64,000 bases of DNA, taken from assembly GCF_009914755.1 (NCBI RefSeq), contig NC_060927.1. The stretch is one strand, 5' to 3'. This DNA is from the human T2T-CHM13v2.0 reference genome, Homo sapiens. The notes under the pieces are model-generated. The model had not been told where the DNA came from. It saw only the letters and a list, made by a program, of their open reading frames with translations, and made no database searches. Positions within the stretch are counted from its first letter, which is position 1. Every line of letters begins with the position of its first letter. Made by a program: the position numbers and the translations under genes. Below are positions 12,778-27,049 of the stretch, piece after piece.

Positions 12778-14032
12778 GGACTGCTTTTCCTGAAACTCTG
12801 TAAAAGTTTTCATCATACTAGCTATTTCTTGTGATGAGCCAGATCATCATTCACCTGGTATAAATGAGCTTGGCTGTGAACACGGTTAGAAATTAGAGCC
12901 AAGGATGATCTATTAGTTCATCGTGTGTGTCTCATGGGACAAAAGCAAATGTGTTTCTCTAAAGAGTTTTCTTGAATGGTTTCCCAAGTCCAACTTGAAA
13001 TCACATTCACAATCTTGTCATTTTCCTCTTTCTTGCAGCACACCAGTAATTAGATGTTTTAACACGTCATGGCAATGATATCTAACATGAAGGCAAACTG
13101 TATTAAGACACAGCATCACCCAGTTTTATACTGTAAGCTCATTTCCAAACATTATTTGTTTTTATAAATTTGAGCGAGGCTGACTCTTTCCTCTCTGCCT
13201 TTAATTAATAAGGAAAGCTTAATATGCACTTTTTTTTCATCAATCTGGCACTAAAAATCCTGAATTCCTTTTGTAGTAATTTGAAAGAAGAGTTTGGGGC
13301 TATTAGGAGAAATTCACATTAGGCATTTCCCTACATGGCCTACTTATGTTTTTCAAAGTGAAGGGATATTTCAAGGAAAGAAAGACTTGGGGTACTAGAG
13401 ATGTCTGCCCCATCTAAAGTCTTATTTTTCTATTTCCTATATCAAGAAGCCTTAGGTACATTTTAGTAACATAGCTTGAAATATATTTTGAAAAGGGGAA
13501 CAAGATGTAACCTGACCCACTACAGAAAAATGCCTCATGTAGATCCTTGAATGAATTTATGACTGTAAAAGTCCCTCTCTTTTGTTTCCTGGGTAATTAT
13601 TTCACACATTTGGGAGGTTTATAGGGAATGCGTATCAGCTTTTCAAGTAAAAAGTGTGAGGCTCTGACTCTTCCTGGAAATCTGGAAGCAACAGAGAATG
13701 AGAAATTCTCAGGCAGCCTCCAAAATTGAGCAAGAGATACTGCAGGTCACCTTCAGTGCTGAATATTCCAAAGTTAACTTCGTTAAAAATGCACAAACAA
13801 CCTGAGAAAATATCTGATTTTACCTTTTAAAAGTAGGATTAAAAATTTAGGAAGCTTCGTGACTTACTCTCGCATCTCTCTTTGATATTTCTTTGTTTGG
13901 TATTTCTCTCACCTCTTATGCCCTGGTGGAGTCTATTGTTGGTTTATGTGTAACATGATCGAATAAAGCAAAATTGTAAACATTTTCTTTTTAAATAAAT
14001 AGACTTTTACCTGAACATTATAATCACAGTAT

Positions 14033-14430
14033 CTCATTCATCCATTCACTCATTCATTCATCCATCTATTCATTCATTCACCCATTCATTTATTCACTCA
14101 GGTATTTTCTGAGTTCTTTCTGTGTATCTGGCGCTCCTCTAAGCAGTGGGGATACACATGTCCCCTGTTCTCATGAGCTTACAGTCTCCTGGTGAAGGAT
14201 TTTAATCAAATCATCACACTTGTGCCTAAGGGTTTCAAACTGAGATAAGGATCTCAAAATAAAGGAGCAAACACCCGAAGGATCAAGGACGACTTCCCTG
14301 TGGGGGTGGTCCCTGAGCCAAGGGCTTCAGCAGAAGCAGAGGTTAAGTAAGTAGGAAGTAGGACAAGCCCTCCAAGATAGGGGAATGCAGTTAGGGCCTC
14401 GAGCAGGAGGAAACAGGGGCAAAGCTCTGA
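14033..14430 (-). mobile_element. L2 3' end with (TTCA)n/(TCCA)n tail
   Basis: cattcattca array then ccctgttctcatgagcttacagtct. Confidence 0.8.
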
Positions 14431-17400
14431 AAGTAAAGGACAGGTAGTATTTGCTGAGCTACTCTAAGACAGATTCTCCCACCTATGCTGACAGCATGCA
14501 CAATTTCAGCTCAATGAATACAAATGAATGCTCTAAGTATTTTTTAGATTCTCTAGATTATGCACATTGAGGAGCAGTTTGGGGTAGGGATGATGGAGGT
14601 CTGGCCATTAGACTCAGGCTTTAAAGAGGTTCTGGGAAGGGGAGCCAATCTGAAGTACCTGGAAATTGGAAAAAATAGATGAACAGTGATTTTATCTGGC
14701 TTCCAATGGCAGACAAATTTCCTTTCGGGAAAGGCAGATATTCTCATTTCAAGCCAGGCTCCTCTGCCCTCACTTTAGCATATGAGGAAACTGAGCTCTT
14801 GAGTTCCTGGAAACCTTTGAGAATATGGAGACAGCCTTTTCACTAGGTCAGTTTAGCTTCAGAGGGAATGAGATGGCTGACTTCCCCCACACATTAGGAC
14901 TTTCATTCCAACCCTCGGCCAGCACCTAGGGAACAAAGCAAGGCCCCAGCTTTAGTTCTACTTAAAGTGAGACACTGCTTGCTCTTTCACACTCAGGTTA
15001 ACATTCACTCCAACAATGAGTTCAGAAGTGACCATGGGAAGACAAGAGGCTTTCCAAATAACTACCTCACCATGGCACAGGGTCTCTGAGGGCTGGGCAT
15101 GTTAGAGTCTGAGATATAAAACACAGTATAAAGAACGTTCTATTTTGCAAAACAATCACATTCTACAATCTATACCTAAGTAACAGGAAGAGAGCAGATC
15201 TCATTATGTCCCTTCTACAAGAAGAACATCTGCATTGAGTTGGGTGTCTTCATAGGGAGTCATTCTCAGGGAACGTGAAGCTTCCTCCCCATCACCCTGA
15301 CCTCCCTTCCCCTGTAAATTTCCACATTGATTGATTGTAAACAAATTGTGTTCATCTGCCCAGATTCCATTATATCAAAAAGACATACTCCTCTCCACAA
15401 ATATCGGAGATAGACAGACAGATAAAGAGGATTACTTTCCAGTAGCAGGGGTTCCTCCCCACTCTTCCTCCACAGAGAACTTTATTTCTAGTACAAAGTA
15501 GAAGAAAGAGTCAAGAGACGGATGAGAAGACAAACTCAGCAAAGCCTTATTTTTATGCTGCTGTTGTTTTTAACCTTTAGTGGGAAGTAATAGGAGACCT
15601 CATACTTTATGAAGCCTTTTTGTATCTGGTGGTAGTTTTTAAAAAGACCATCAGCTAAAATATAAATATAAATTTAACCATGGATGATTGTAATTTCCTG
15701 CATTATATTTTTATGTATTTTCGAAAAGTATCTGTAATGAGCGAGTATCATCTCTGTAATCAGAAAAGAAACTATGAAAATATCCCCAGTGAGATCTGTG
15801 TTTGCTCACAGGGCACTATTTGGCATGATGAGAGTGAGGGGAATGATCTGAATGTTTTCAGTGCCAAGCACCATGTTGGCCTCAATCGGTAGCAATTCTA
15901 ATTCTTTTTCCTGTGGATTTGTATCAGTTGCTGGTTCATTTAAATCAGCTATTAAAGGAATAAACATGAATCTTAAAAATACATTTAGAGAAAGTATATT
16001 GTTCTAAATTAAGCAAGCAGTTGGCATTTCAAATCATATGGAAGCAGATGAGGGGAACCCGCTCTCACCAGATCTCAATCCACTTTGCAAACTGCTTACT
16101 CCTTAACTTGGCTCCCTAATTAGGGCATTTTATCTTTGTGAGCATTTACCATTACTGCATCATGATAACTCTTGGCTAGTATTCTGTGAAGAAATAATTA
16201 ATAATAATCCACACCAGCCAAAAGTAGATAGAGCAACATGAGCAAAGAACTAGGTTGGTGTGATGTGGCTCAATAACCACTTGGGGAAAAACAATGAGAG
16301 GGTTTTTATTGACCAAAGTGGTTTAACAAATGACACTTAAGTGATCTACTGGCATTTTAGAACAGAGGCAAGACTGCTCACTCATTAAGTCATTTTAAAA
16401 ATAGTCATTATAGAGCTTTTGCCATAAATCAAGAACAAAAGATTCCAGGAAATAATTTTTTATAATTCATAAACACATAGTAATGTGGAAAGAAGGACTC
16501 TAGAGTTGAACAGGGTTATCAATTACATTTTCCAGTTGTCTATCCTAGAGACAACATTCCTTCCGTGAGTTCAAACCTTAAACATCAAGATGAGGTATTG
16601 TGGGTAAACTTGAGGATTGACACACTTCAGCAGACTACCAGCTCCATGAGATCAAGGGCCACATCTGTTTTATTTAGCGAGAAGCAGAATTAGGCCATGT
16701 GTGACAGTGGGTGTTACTCAGCAGGTGCTCAGTGAATAATGAATGGATTAATGACATTGTATAGTAGTGTCTGACTTTGCAAACAGAAAATCACAGCCTT
16801 TGTGAATGTAAATTTACACAGTAAACCCAATACCATATAGACTTTTAGTGATATTTTGGTATTTAGAAAAAAGACTAAGATCTTCTCCAGGTAGAAAGGT
16901 ATTTTGTCAAGTATTTGCTGTGTGTGTTTGACTTGTTTTGGCCTGCAATGTAAATGATCCTGATAGACATCTAGTTCTACTGGGTTCCACAGCACTTCTT
17001 TAGCCAGTGGGGTCTTGTATTCAACTTGTATTTATCACGTCCTTCTAATTTCACTTGTCTCACCCTGGCTGTTATTATAATCCCAAACAGACAGATACAT
17101 TAGTACCCCAGGCTTAAGTCTCATCCTATTCATTGCTATCGGGTTATTCTCTAGGAAGCATCTTTCTTTTCATCTTAGTCCCTTCTTCCTTCCTTCCATC
17201 AGTCCTGAATGCTTTCTGAGTCAAATTCCGAGAGCAGACCCTGGCTCCTGAATCTTTTTATGCTCAGACCCTGCAACTGCTCAACAGTCGTTGTCTCCCT
17301 GATCCTCTTCACACAGCCATATGTCGGCCAAGATGCTCAACTCACTACTGCCACCTTTATACCTAGGCTCATGCCAGTCCCTTTGCAGAGAAAGAGAAAC

Positions 17401-19289
17401 ACAGAGGGAGAGAGAAACACAGAGTCTTGAGTCCCTGGATCAAGCCATACCTGAAGTCAGAAACTTCCCTTGAACTCTTTAATTATGTGACCCAATAAAT
17501 CATCCATTTACTGTAGCCAGTTTGGGTTTTCTGACACTTGCAACTGAAAGAGTCTTTAATGTATGCAGGGAAGAGGAGATGAGGAAGAGAGGAACATAAA
17601 AATGAAGTAAAACGAAACAGAGGAAGAAAACAATGAAAGATTTGTCCAAGGCTGTAGAACTAAACAGTATTGGATAAGAATATAGAACATGAAGCCCAGA
17701 GCCCAAGACTCTTTCCCCTACTACTTCCCTTCAGAAATTAGTACTATTACTCATTGCCACACATTGTTACTTTAAACCTAACCAAATGAGAAGTGACCTG
17801 CCATCAAGCTCCCGCAGGTTTAAGACATATATTTGTCCTGAGTAACTTATATTGTTTTCCTGGCGTAGTACATTTAAGAATTACTTTTACAATTAAGCTG
17901 CCCAAGGGGTCTATAGATGCCCGTTTTAATTTAAATAAATACTAATGCTAAAATCAATTTGTAGGATATTTCAATTGGACCGATAAGTACAGTCTTCACT
18001 AAATCCAAAGTATTTCCCTATTAGCGCATCTTTAGAAGCGTATACCAACAACACATCAGGATTTTCAGAAACCTGCTACAAATACATTACTCCCAGAGAC
18101 TGGATCAAACAGCTGATGATCAAAACATAAGGCAAAAACTAGTATTTCATCTTTGAATTCGGAGTACCTGATTTCTACTAAATATTGATTAGAGTTTTTC
18201 CCATAAGAGATCCTGCTTTGTGCCTCCTTAATTTTCTTGGTTTCAATAGTGCTTTGTGCAGAGAACAGCAGAAGTAAGGCAGAGGATACAGCTGTCATCT
18301 GTGCCACAGACATTGACATGCAGCTTAGTCACAGAACAGAGAGAACACGTGAAAGTCACCATCACACCCTCGCAACAGTGTCAGTGTAAAGACTCAGGTT
18401 CCAGATATGAAGACAGGACTGAAAATGCTTCTGGCTACAATGAAATGAATCTACCACACACTTGCCAACTTTATTCAAACTGATGATATTTTTCTTTAAA
18501 CAATGGATTTAGTTATTCTACCCGTAAGAAGTCCAGGTCGTTAATGAAATGATAATTTTCTACAAACTAAAAACAAACATATCTCATCCTACTAATGGTT
18601 CCTGCCTCTCCAATATTTCACTTAGGCCATCTCCCTTTTCTCTTCTGGTAGAACAACTTCAATAGGTAAGAAAGTTTTCTTACATCCGGGAAATTTCTTT
18701 AACCACCAAAATCCATGGTGTTTGCTTTTCATCTTCAACTCACTCCTTGGTCGTTACGACATGTTGCCTCCTATTTCTGGTTATCTATGTTAGTTTCCTG
18801 CTCTTCCTACAGAATTGCAACCCCGGAAAGAGAGGTACTGAGTCTCACACACCTTCTTCACCTGGAGCTTGTAACAACATCCTACAAAGCAAGTAATCAA
18901 CATGTGTTTTACAGAGAAAACTGGTTATCCCTGGACTGTATTAAAACAGTGGTATGGGTACTCTAAAATAACACCAATGTGAGTGTAGAATGCATTTCTC
19001 ATTTAAGAGAGGTGTTCATTCAGCCTGAGGATGGGAGAATTTACGAAACCTCAAACCCCAATTGGCAAACAGCCTCTCTACCTTCCCAGTTTACAAAACC
19101 CTACCTGAGAGAAGGTGTCTTCTCTCAAATGAAGACTTCCAGATCCTGTTCTCCACAGACAATTAAATGTGGTTTAAAAGTTGCTGCTGGGAGCTGAGCT
19201 TATTACCCACTTTCTGATGAGGCCGGCGCCACCAAAACCAGCCTGTGGGAGCTGATTTCACTAGGACTCCCCCAACATTTTCTTGATGT

Positions 19290-19735
19290 TGGAGGTGTAA
19301 CGGGGTCTCAGTTCCTGTTCAACTCTGCCTCTGACTGGATTCTAGGTCTTGAGCAAGTCACTGCTTCCCTCTGAACCGCAGTTAACCTCATCTTTAACAT
19401 GGGGATAAAATTCCTGGCACCATAGCTACCTCACTCAATGCTGGGGAAAATTAATAATATTGATAGTGTTAATAATTAAATAATAGCTAACATGCACTGA
19501 GTTATACCATATTCTAGGCACTGTGATAAGTCCCATACCTCCCTTAACTCTTACTATTCTCATAACTACTCTATGACACCAAGCACCATCATTATGTCTC
19601 TTTTACAGATGAGGAAAGTGAAGCTCAGAGATGTTAAATAACTTGTCCAGGATCACAGAGCTAGGAAGAAGCAGAGCAATATTTGAACACTGGCATTGTG
19701 GGTTACAAAGCATTACTCCCAGAATACTGCCTTAC
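19290..19735. mobile_element. Two adjacent MIRs in opposite orientation
   Basis: cttgagcaagtcac core on + then acagatgaggaaagtgaagctcagaga on -. Confidence 0.8.
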
Positions 19736-20789
19736 AAAAATAAGATAAGCCATGTGACACAAAAATCTTCACAAACTGCAAAATATTAAGCCACTGTAAA
19801 GTACTGTTACCATCAATGCAAATAGATGCTCATTACATTTATTGTAAAAAGCAGGTAACCACCAACCCGTTTAGGGAAGGTGCATAAACCTCTGTCAGCA
19901 ATACTCAATCCATCTGCAGAGAAACAATTAGAACTGCATTAGCACATAATCACAGAAGAAGTTCTCTTGACACCATTTCTGCCAAAGAACTCATTCTTCC
20001 CTGGAATTTGAAAAGGCAAAAAGAAAAAAATCCCATGCCGCATCTGACAATAGGAACAAACTCTTCTTGCAGCTCTGGTAATGCAACACTTCTGAAAGAA
20101 CAAGTTAAGGAACGTACTTCCACTGCCCTCATTAGCTGACAACCTCTGTGGGGACTGCAAACCAGCCACACATTCAAAACAAATCCCAGGGAAGAAATCA
20201 CACCACAAAGCCTGTTTCTATTTGCAAGTAAAATGACGGCCCCAAGTGTCTTTCCATAAAGCTGTGTGGTACCAAATCCAAAGCCCAAACTGGTTACAAA
20301 GGGTCGCCATTGATAAGACATGGCATTTCAGGTCCACCCACCATGGGCCAAGGAGGTATAAAGCTCAGAACGTGACATGCAATTTTTAAGCCCTCCTTTC
20401 ACCTTGTCTATGCACTAAGTTACTTTGACGCCACACCTGTTTCTATTCTGCCTGGAAGCCCTGTCTGCACAACAGATGGCAGAGTGTTTGCCTAACAAAT
20501 GTTCTTGTGGGTCAGTATAAGAAGGTGGTGGTGGGGATTGTTGTGGGTACGAAAGGAGAGAGGCTCTGCTAGAGCAGCAAAGAACCATCGATCTCCAACT
20601 TAGCTAGGGAAACTTCCCACCCAATGAGGGTCTGGGTATGTCTGAGCTCTGAATGTTCTCACCTCTGTTCATCCCTTCTGACAATCTTGTCCAGGATAGT
20701 ACAAATCTGCTGCTGCAACCGGAAATTACAAAGAAAATCTGATGTAGGCATTTAGAAAAAAAAAACAACAGAACAAAACCTTATCAAAT

Positions 20790-20960
20790 TTAAAAGTTAA
20801 CTTCAAATTCAATTCTAACTCTATCTCCAACTTAGCTCTCTTGAATCTAACTGAAGATTCAACTTTCTTAACTCTAAACTTAACCCTTGAATCCCAACTC
20901 CTAGCTTTCACCTCTCAAGTGTCTTAACTCTAACTTAAAGTCAAACTTAGTCTCTTGAGG
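20790..20960. repeat. Degenerate ~6-bp periodic repeat (ctctaa/cttaac/ctccaa)
   Basis: Visible hexamer periodicity. Confidence 0.6.
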
Positions 20961-23900
20961 AGGTAATTAAACTTCAACAACTAATTGGAATGAGTTCTTG
21001 TGAACTGAGAGCTTGGCTTATCAACACATCTGGTCTTCAGAGGTTAAGAAAAAACTCACTTTCTGTTATTGTAAACTTAACACCAGAGTAATGTTTTATT
21101 TCAGCTATGATGGTAATATTTTTTAAATTATGCTATTATCCACTTAAAAAATCCATGATGTAAGGTATAAAGTAACATAATGCTCCTTGATGGTGAAAGC
21201 ACATCTTAGGCACCATGCTTTGGAGAAAAACTGTGGATCTGGAGGGAATCTCCTCCTCCCACCCTAAACCACACATACCTAAACCACACACAGCACCGGG
21301 TATACCTCAGTCTTCAACATAAAGAACCAACTCGGCACGTTCCATTTCATTTGACTCACTTGCTTAGATAGCTTAGGAAACCAATCTGCTCAACATTAGT
21401 AAGTCTGGGCCCATTAAAAGGGGACTGACACTAAACTGAAATCCATTTCATCTCTTCTCCAGGGTTTTCCTCGGACTCTCTGATCAGCCTTTCCTTCACA
21501 CAGGGGTGAGGCCAAAACTACTATAGATGAAGAAGAAGAGAGTGAGATGATGTTCTTTTTGAGGGCCAGGATGACAATGGCTTTGTCCAGTGTTTTCATC
21601 ACAGAAATTGAAGTGGGCATGTAGTAGGTTCTCAAAAAAACAAAACAAAACTGGTGAATAAAGACGATGTGTGCTAAGCACTAAGCAGAGACCTCCCCAT
21701 TCGTGCTCTTATTTAATACTCACAAAATCCTAACAGCAGGGGGTATTATTATTCCAATTTTGCAACCAAGGAAACACATGCAAATAGCTAACAGCGGACA
21801 GCATCAGATTTAAATACTTAAAGCATGCATTTCCCATGAGTGAGAGAGACATTTTGCAAACATGGGCAGAATGTGGCTTTGTGACTTGCCTCAAGATTCA
21901 CCCCATCAATTTAGGCAAAAAATACAATCTTCCCTGACTATTTAGTTGGAAGATAACAAGTCAGGGAAATTCAGTCTAGCAGTCCATGGGTAAGCCTCAG
22001 GGGAATAGGAGGCCCCTGAAATTAAATGCGACATTTTGTGTGTATGTGAATTTTTCCATGGAAAAAGTCTGCAGCTTTCGAATACTTGAAAGATTCTATG
22101 GTCCTCCCAGCCCACAAAATTTAATGACTTAGCTGCTTTTAATTAAAGTTATGCTTCTAATTCTCATCCCCAAAGAGTCCAAAGGGCTCCAGACACCCTT
22201 TGTATGCCTACTGAAAGAAAAATGATTAGCATGAAAGCCTGGTGGGTATTAGACATGAGAATAGTCAAACACCTTAGGTATGGAAAGCACCCACATAGAT
22301 CATTACTTAACGAAGAAAAGTAATTGAGAATGTATTCCATTGCTAGCATTTGTCCACAATGAGATTGAGAAGCCATTCTATTGCTGACCAGATGGTCCTG
22401 AGGATAGTGAAATGACAGAACCCCTGTATCACTCATCAGATTCACTGCTCTTCAAAATATGAAAAAGAACCAACAAAATCCTCATTATGACAGTGCCTAC
22501 AAACAAGATCCTTCTGACCATTTCACATTCTGCAAACTTCATCTGCAATAAGAATGTCCAGACCTGAGGCTCTATACTTGGTGAAACCATGCTCATGTTC
22601 AAAAAGCATTTATTGAGAGCCTACTATATTCTAAGTACCGCAATAAATACTTGTTCCTATACCATCTGGATGCCCTCATGTGATTCTAGGCAACACGTTT
22701 AAAAGAGAACAGTCACCAAATAGAGAACCCTGAGATGGGAGGAACCAGTTTGGGAAAGGGATAAAAATCATGCCATGTACACAGCCAAAGGCATTGATGA
22801 TTCTTTAAAGGGAAAGTAATACATTTTCTTTCAACTTCTACAAAGTTTCTAGGTAGAAGAAGAAATAGAGAATCAATCCAAATTGCCAGAGAAGTCTGAA
22901 AGAGGACCACAAGGTAAATATTTCAGAGAAGCAAAGTGTTGGTTCACAATAATAAAAAGAAAGAAAGGAAATGAAAAAGCAAACTATTATAGCTGGGGTT
23001 ATTCAACAATGGAATAAGACAGCTGGTAAAATGTTAGTCGTTGCTGGAGGAATTTGAAATGCATTTATATGTTAAAAGCACTAAAGCTAAAACTATAAAA
23101 CCAAAAGATGGGTTAGTACAAGATGATTGTCCTAAAATACAAAGAAACACACATTGTCAGTATGTGAACCTTAAAAACTAATGTTGGTTATTCTGTTTAA
23201 AGAGAAGAATGTGATGTTCACAAATCAACTTATCACAAATTACATGCTTACTCTAGTAATGTAATGACCTTGGGAGCTGACTCATAGTCTTCCTTGACCT
23301 AATGAGCATGCTGAGTATAATCAATTAGGTTTGCAATTAAAATTGCAATTTATCTAACACCCCCCTCTACCCCCACCTTTTTATAAGGCTCAGGAGACAG
23401 TGGGGTGATAAATATAAGCCCTTCTGCTGTGGCTATCTTTTATTTTTTAAGCATTTCTATTACGTATAATTTATTAAACCTTAAATTTCTTCCCTATTTG
23501 TAAGTTTCAGCAAAATTTAGTCAGGTTTCAACACAGGGTATCAAGGGATAATTAGGACAGTTAGCAGTAATTTATCATTTCTCAGCTGGGTTTTCATGCT
23601 TTCGCTGACTGCCCGTAGAAATCTGTTAGCCACTTCTACACAGATCACTATGAAATCTGCTTTATCTTTGTGCAAATTGCTTTTCTATTTTCCTAAAGTG
23701 AGCTGAAAGATGAGCCAATCGACTCCTGAAAATCTAGCCACCGGTGTGCTTGTCATCAGAGTGCAGCTGAGGCCAGGGCCGCAGATGAAGGGCTACAGTG
23801 GCTAATGGATGATGCAATGCCATGAGAGGCTTTTTTCCAGCCTGCTGCGGGTTAGAAATTTAAACCAGGCAGCCCGACTTCAGGTTAGATCTTCACAAAA

Positions 23901-25164
23901 TATGCCCAGGAATCTATGAACATGCCAATACACATTTTATGGAGCAAATATTGCCTAGTAAGCCACCAGAGAGGAAAAGCCTAGAAAAGGCAGAGACACT
24001 AGTACTATACCACTTCCACTGAAAAGAAGGATTTTATGAAGCCTGAACCAAAAAGGGAGGACCTCGTGTTCTTTAGAGAGATTCATTTACTAGATGGTGA
24101 AAAATGAATGCTCCGGGTAATTTCATTTTGAATTGATTTATTTCTAAATGGGGGGAAACTGACACTTGGTGAAGAAAGTAAAAAGTGGTTCTCTGGAAAG
24201 AGCCAGCCAGTCTCAGGTATAATCCAATTACTCCAACACAGGAAATAAGGACACAGAGGGAAGGGTGGAAGGTCACCTGAGAAAGTCATTCCTTGCAATG
24301 AATACCTTCCTGTCCCCTTCCCTACAGACTCTCAGAGAAGTATAAACTGACCCATATTTCCAGTTTATTTCTGACACCTAAACCTAATCAAAGTCCACTA
24401 TTTAGAAATCCAATAGTTATTCGCAATTAGACTGCACGGCAAATTAAATCATAAATTTCTCTATCTCAGCCCTGGTTGTCACATTCCTAAAACACAACTT
24501 GCCTCCCTCCGGCACTTTATTTAAATCTCTGAGGCCGGGCTCCAAAGCAAGTTATGGATTTGATAATTTGCTAATGTGGCCACAGTAATTGTTTTGAGCC
24601 ATATTTATGATTTTATTGGATCTTACAACAATCAATAATAATCCATTGATGTCCCTGACTCGGGTTTTCTCGCAGTCGACAAATGGGGCAGCAGATTCAT
24701 TTTTAATGTACTCACTTAGCACTCCCTCCCTGGGAGAGAGAGCCCTGCATATTTTAAAAAAGGGCAAGAAATGAATGGCACTGGTACACATACTTTACTG
24801 TGAAAAACTAGCTGCAGGATAAGATTTAATGCTAAAAAGAAAGGAGAGAATAGACTAACAGGGCCCATTTTGTGCAGCACCACCATCGTTAAAGTTAATG
24901 GAATTACCGTGTGGTCACGCACTAGAGGGAACCTATTGGAAGTTAAGCTCTTCTAGGGCCATTGATTCACAGACTTTCATTCAAAGATTCCCACTAGCAT
25001 GTGATGAGTATTGCAGATATGCAGAGGCACTTTAGAAACTGTTTACTCAAACTGCCAGTTAAGCATATTAAGAAACAACAATAACTGAATATTTTAGAGT
25101 GGATGATCTAGTGGAACGTGTCTTCTGTTAGACATAGTAAAAACTTCAACTCCGACTGGCTTAA

Positions 25165-25473
<309 letters not shown>

Positions 25474-25732
25474 TAAATGTCTGGAAGTAATGCAGGCTTC
25501 AAGTCTGGTTAATTCAACAATCCAATAATGTCACCTAGTGTCCAGCTTCTTTCTGTCTCTGCCATGTCAGCCTCAGCATCTGTTTTGCTCTGAGGCATGT
25601 TGCCCTAGAAAATATAAGATGGCTGCTAGAAGCTGTCAGTTACCTGCTTTCTTGTTCATAAGCAGTAGTGGAGAAAACAGCCCATCCACAACTAATGCAT
25701 CTAAGTCCTCCATGATGATGGGACTCCGATCC

Positions 25733-25778
25733 TTTAGAGTGTAGGATTCCTAAAGTCAAGGGAATCCTACACTCTAAA
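25733..25778. repeat. Perfect 18-bp inverted repeat with 10-nt loop
   Basis: tttagagtgtaggattcc-taaagtcaag-ggaatcctacactctaaa. Confidence 0.97.
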
Positions 25779-25834
25779 TAGCTTAGGAAAGGATTAATGA
25801 AAGTCATTACTGTGGCAGAGACAACTGACTTAGA

Positions 25835-26066
25835 CTGGGATGGGCAAATTATGGCCCTCAGGCCAAATTTGGCCCACCATCTGCTTTTACAAATAAAGTT
25901 TTATTGGAATACGGCCATGCTTATTTGTGACAATTCATTTTCATATATTCTATGGCTTCTTTTGTGCTGTAAAGTCAGATACATAATTATGACAAAGACC
26001 ATCTGGCCCTCACAGCCTAAAATGTTTACTATCTGGCCTTTTACAAAAGAAGTCTGCCAACCCCTG
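25835..26066 (+). mobile_element. MER58A (hAT-Charlie)
   Basis: ggccaaatttggccc...aataaagttttattggaa...gcctaaaatgtttactatctggcc...gccaacccctg. Confidence 0.9.
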
Positions 26067-26269
26067 GTGTGTACCAAACAAGGTCTGCACCTGGAGCTAA
26101 AGATGAGTTCAAACCCATCCTAACTTTGTGGCTACTAAATCAAGAGGGAGGGTAGGAAGAATGCTAGAGGGACAACCACAGTGCCTAAGATAGACATGAG
26201 AGAAAATCCTTCAAGTCTAGAAAAATGGGCTTAGAAACTAAAAAAAAAACAATTTAGGAAACCTATCAT

Positions 26270-26835
26270 AAGCACATGTGAAATACCCTCTGCCCTGAAA
26301 TACACTCTGAGTATCATCAAAACATCAAATATATTTAAAATTGAATTACAATTCCTTACCACAGCATAAGTCCCAGTGTAACGGCTCCCCGCCCACTCTT
26401 CCCACTTCTCTCCTGCTGCCACTCTCCCTACACTAAATTTCTGCCACCTGGTCTTCAATTATTTCCTAGAATGTGCCAAGCTCATTCCCACTGCCATTTC
26501 CTCTTCCCAGAATGGTCTTTCTTCTCCAGCTCTTCGCTGGCTAGGCGCCTGTCGTTCCCTGTTCTGGGTTTATGGGTTATCTCTTCAGTGACCACCCCAT
26601 CTAAAGTAGCCATACCACCCCATTCCCCTTCCACCATGTCATTCCATTTCATAACACCTTGTTTTAGTCTTTCTAGTATTAACCCAAATCTGCAATATTT
26701 TATTTGTTCCCTTTCACATAAGGGGAAGAAGACAATACACTGAGAGTTTTTCCTCGGCTGTCTTGCCTTCCACTTTAACCCAGTGCCTGGGAGCACATGG
26801 CACATAGTAGGCACTCAATAAACACTTATTGGAGT
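26270..26835 (+). mobile_element. L2 fragment
   Basis: cagtgcctgg...catagtaggcactcaataaa terminus. Confidence 0.8.
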
Positions 26836-27049
26836 AATATGTTAACATTAACTATAGAATTTCTACAACTTTTTCAGCCTTCCTGCATTATGGTGTTCAT
26901 TTCAAAGTCTGTACTTGAAAACAAGGACTACGTCTCATTCTTCTTAGGTTCTCAGAGCCTGTGACGATATCTGGCACATAGTAGGTGATAGAAGAATAAA
27001 TTAATGAATGAATGCCAGATAGAAAAACATGAGTAGGCAGGATACTCAT

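Noticed and set aside
21262-21292. Tandem cctaaaccacaca duplication
   Set aside because: Ordinary two-copy slippage duplication
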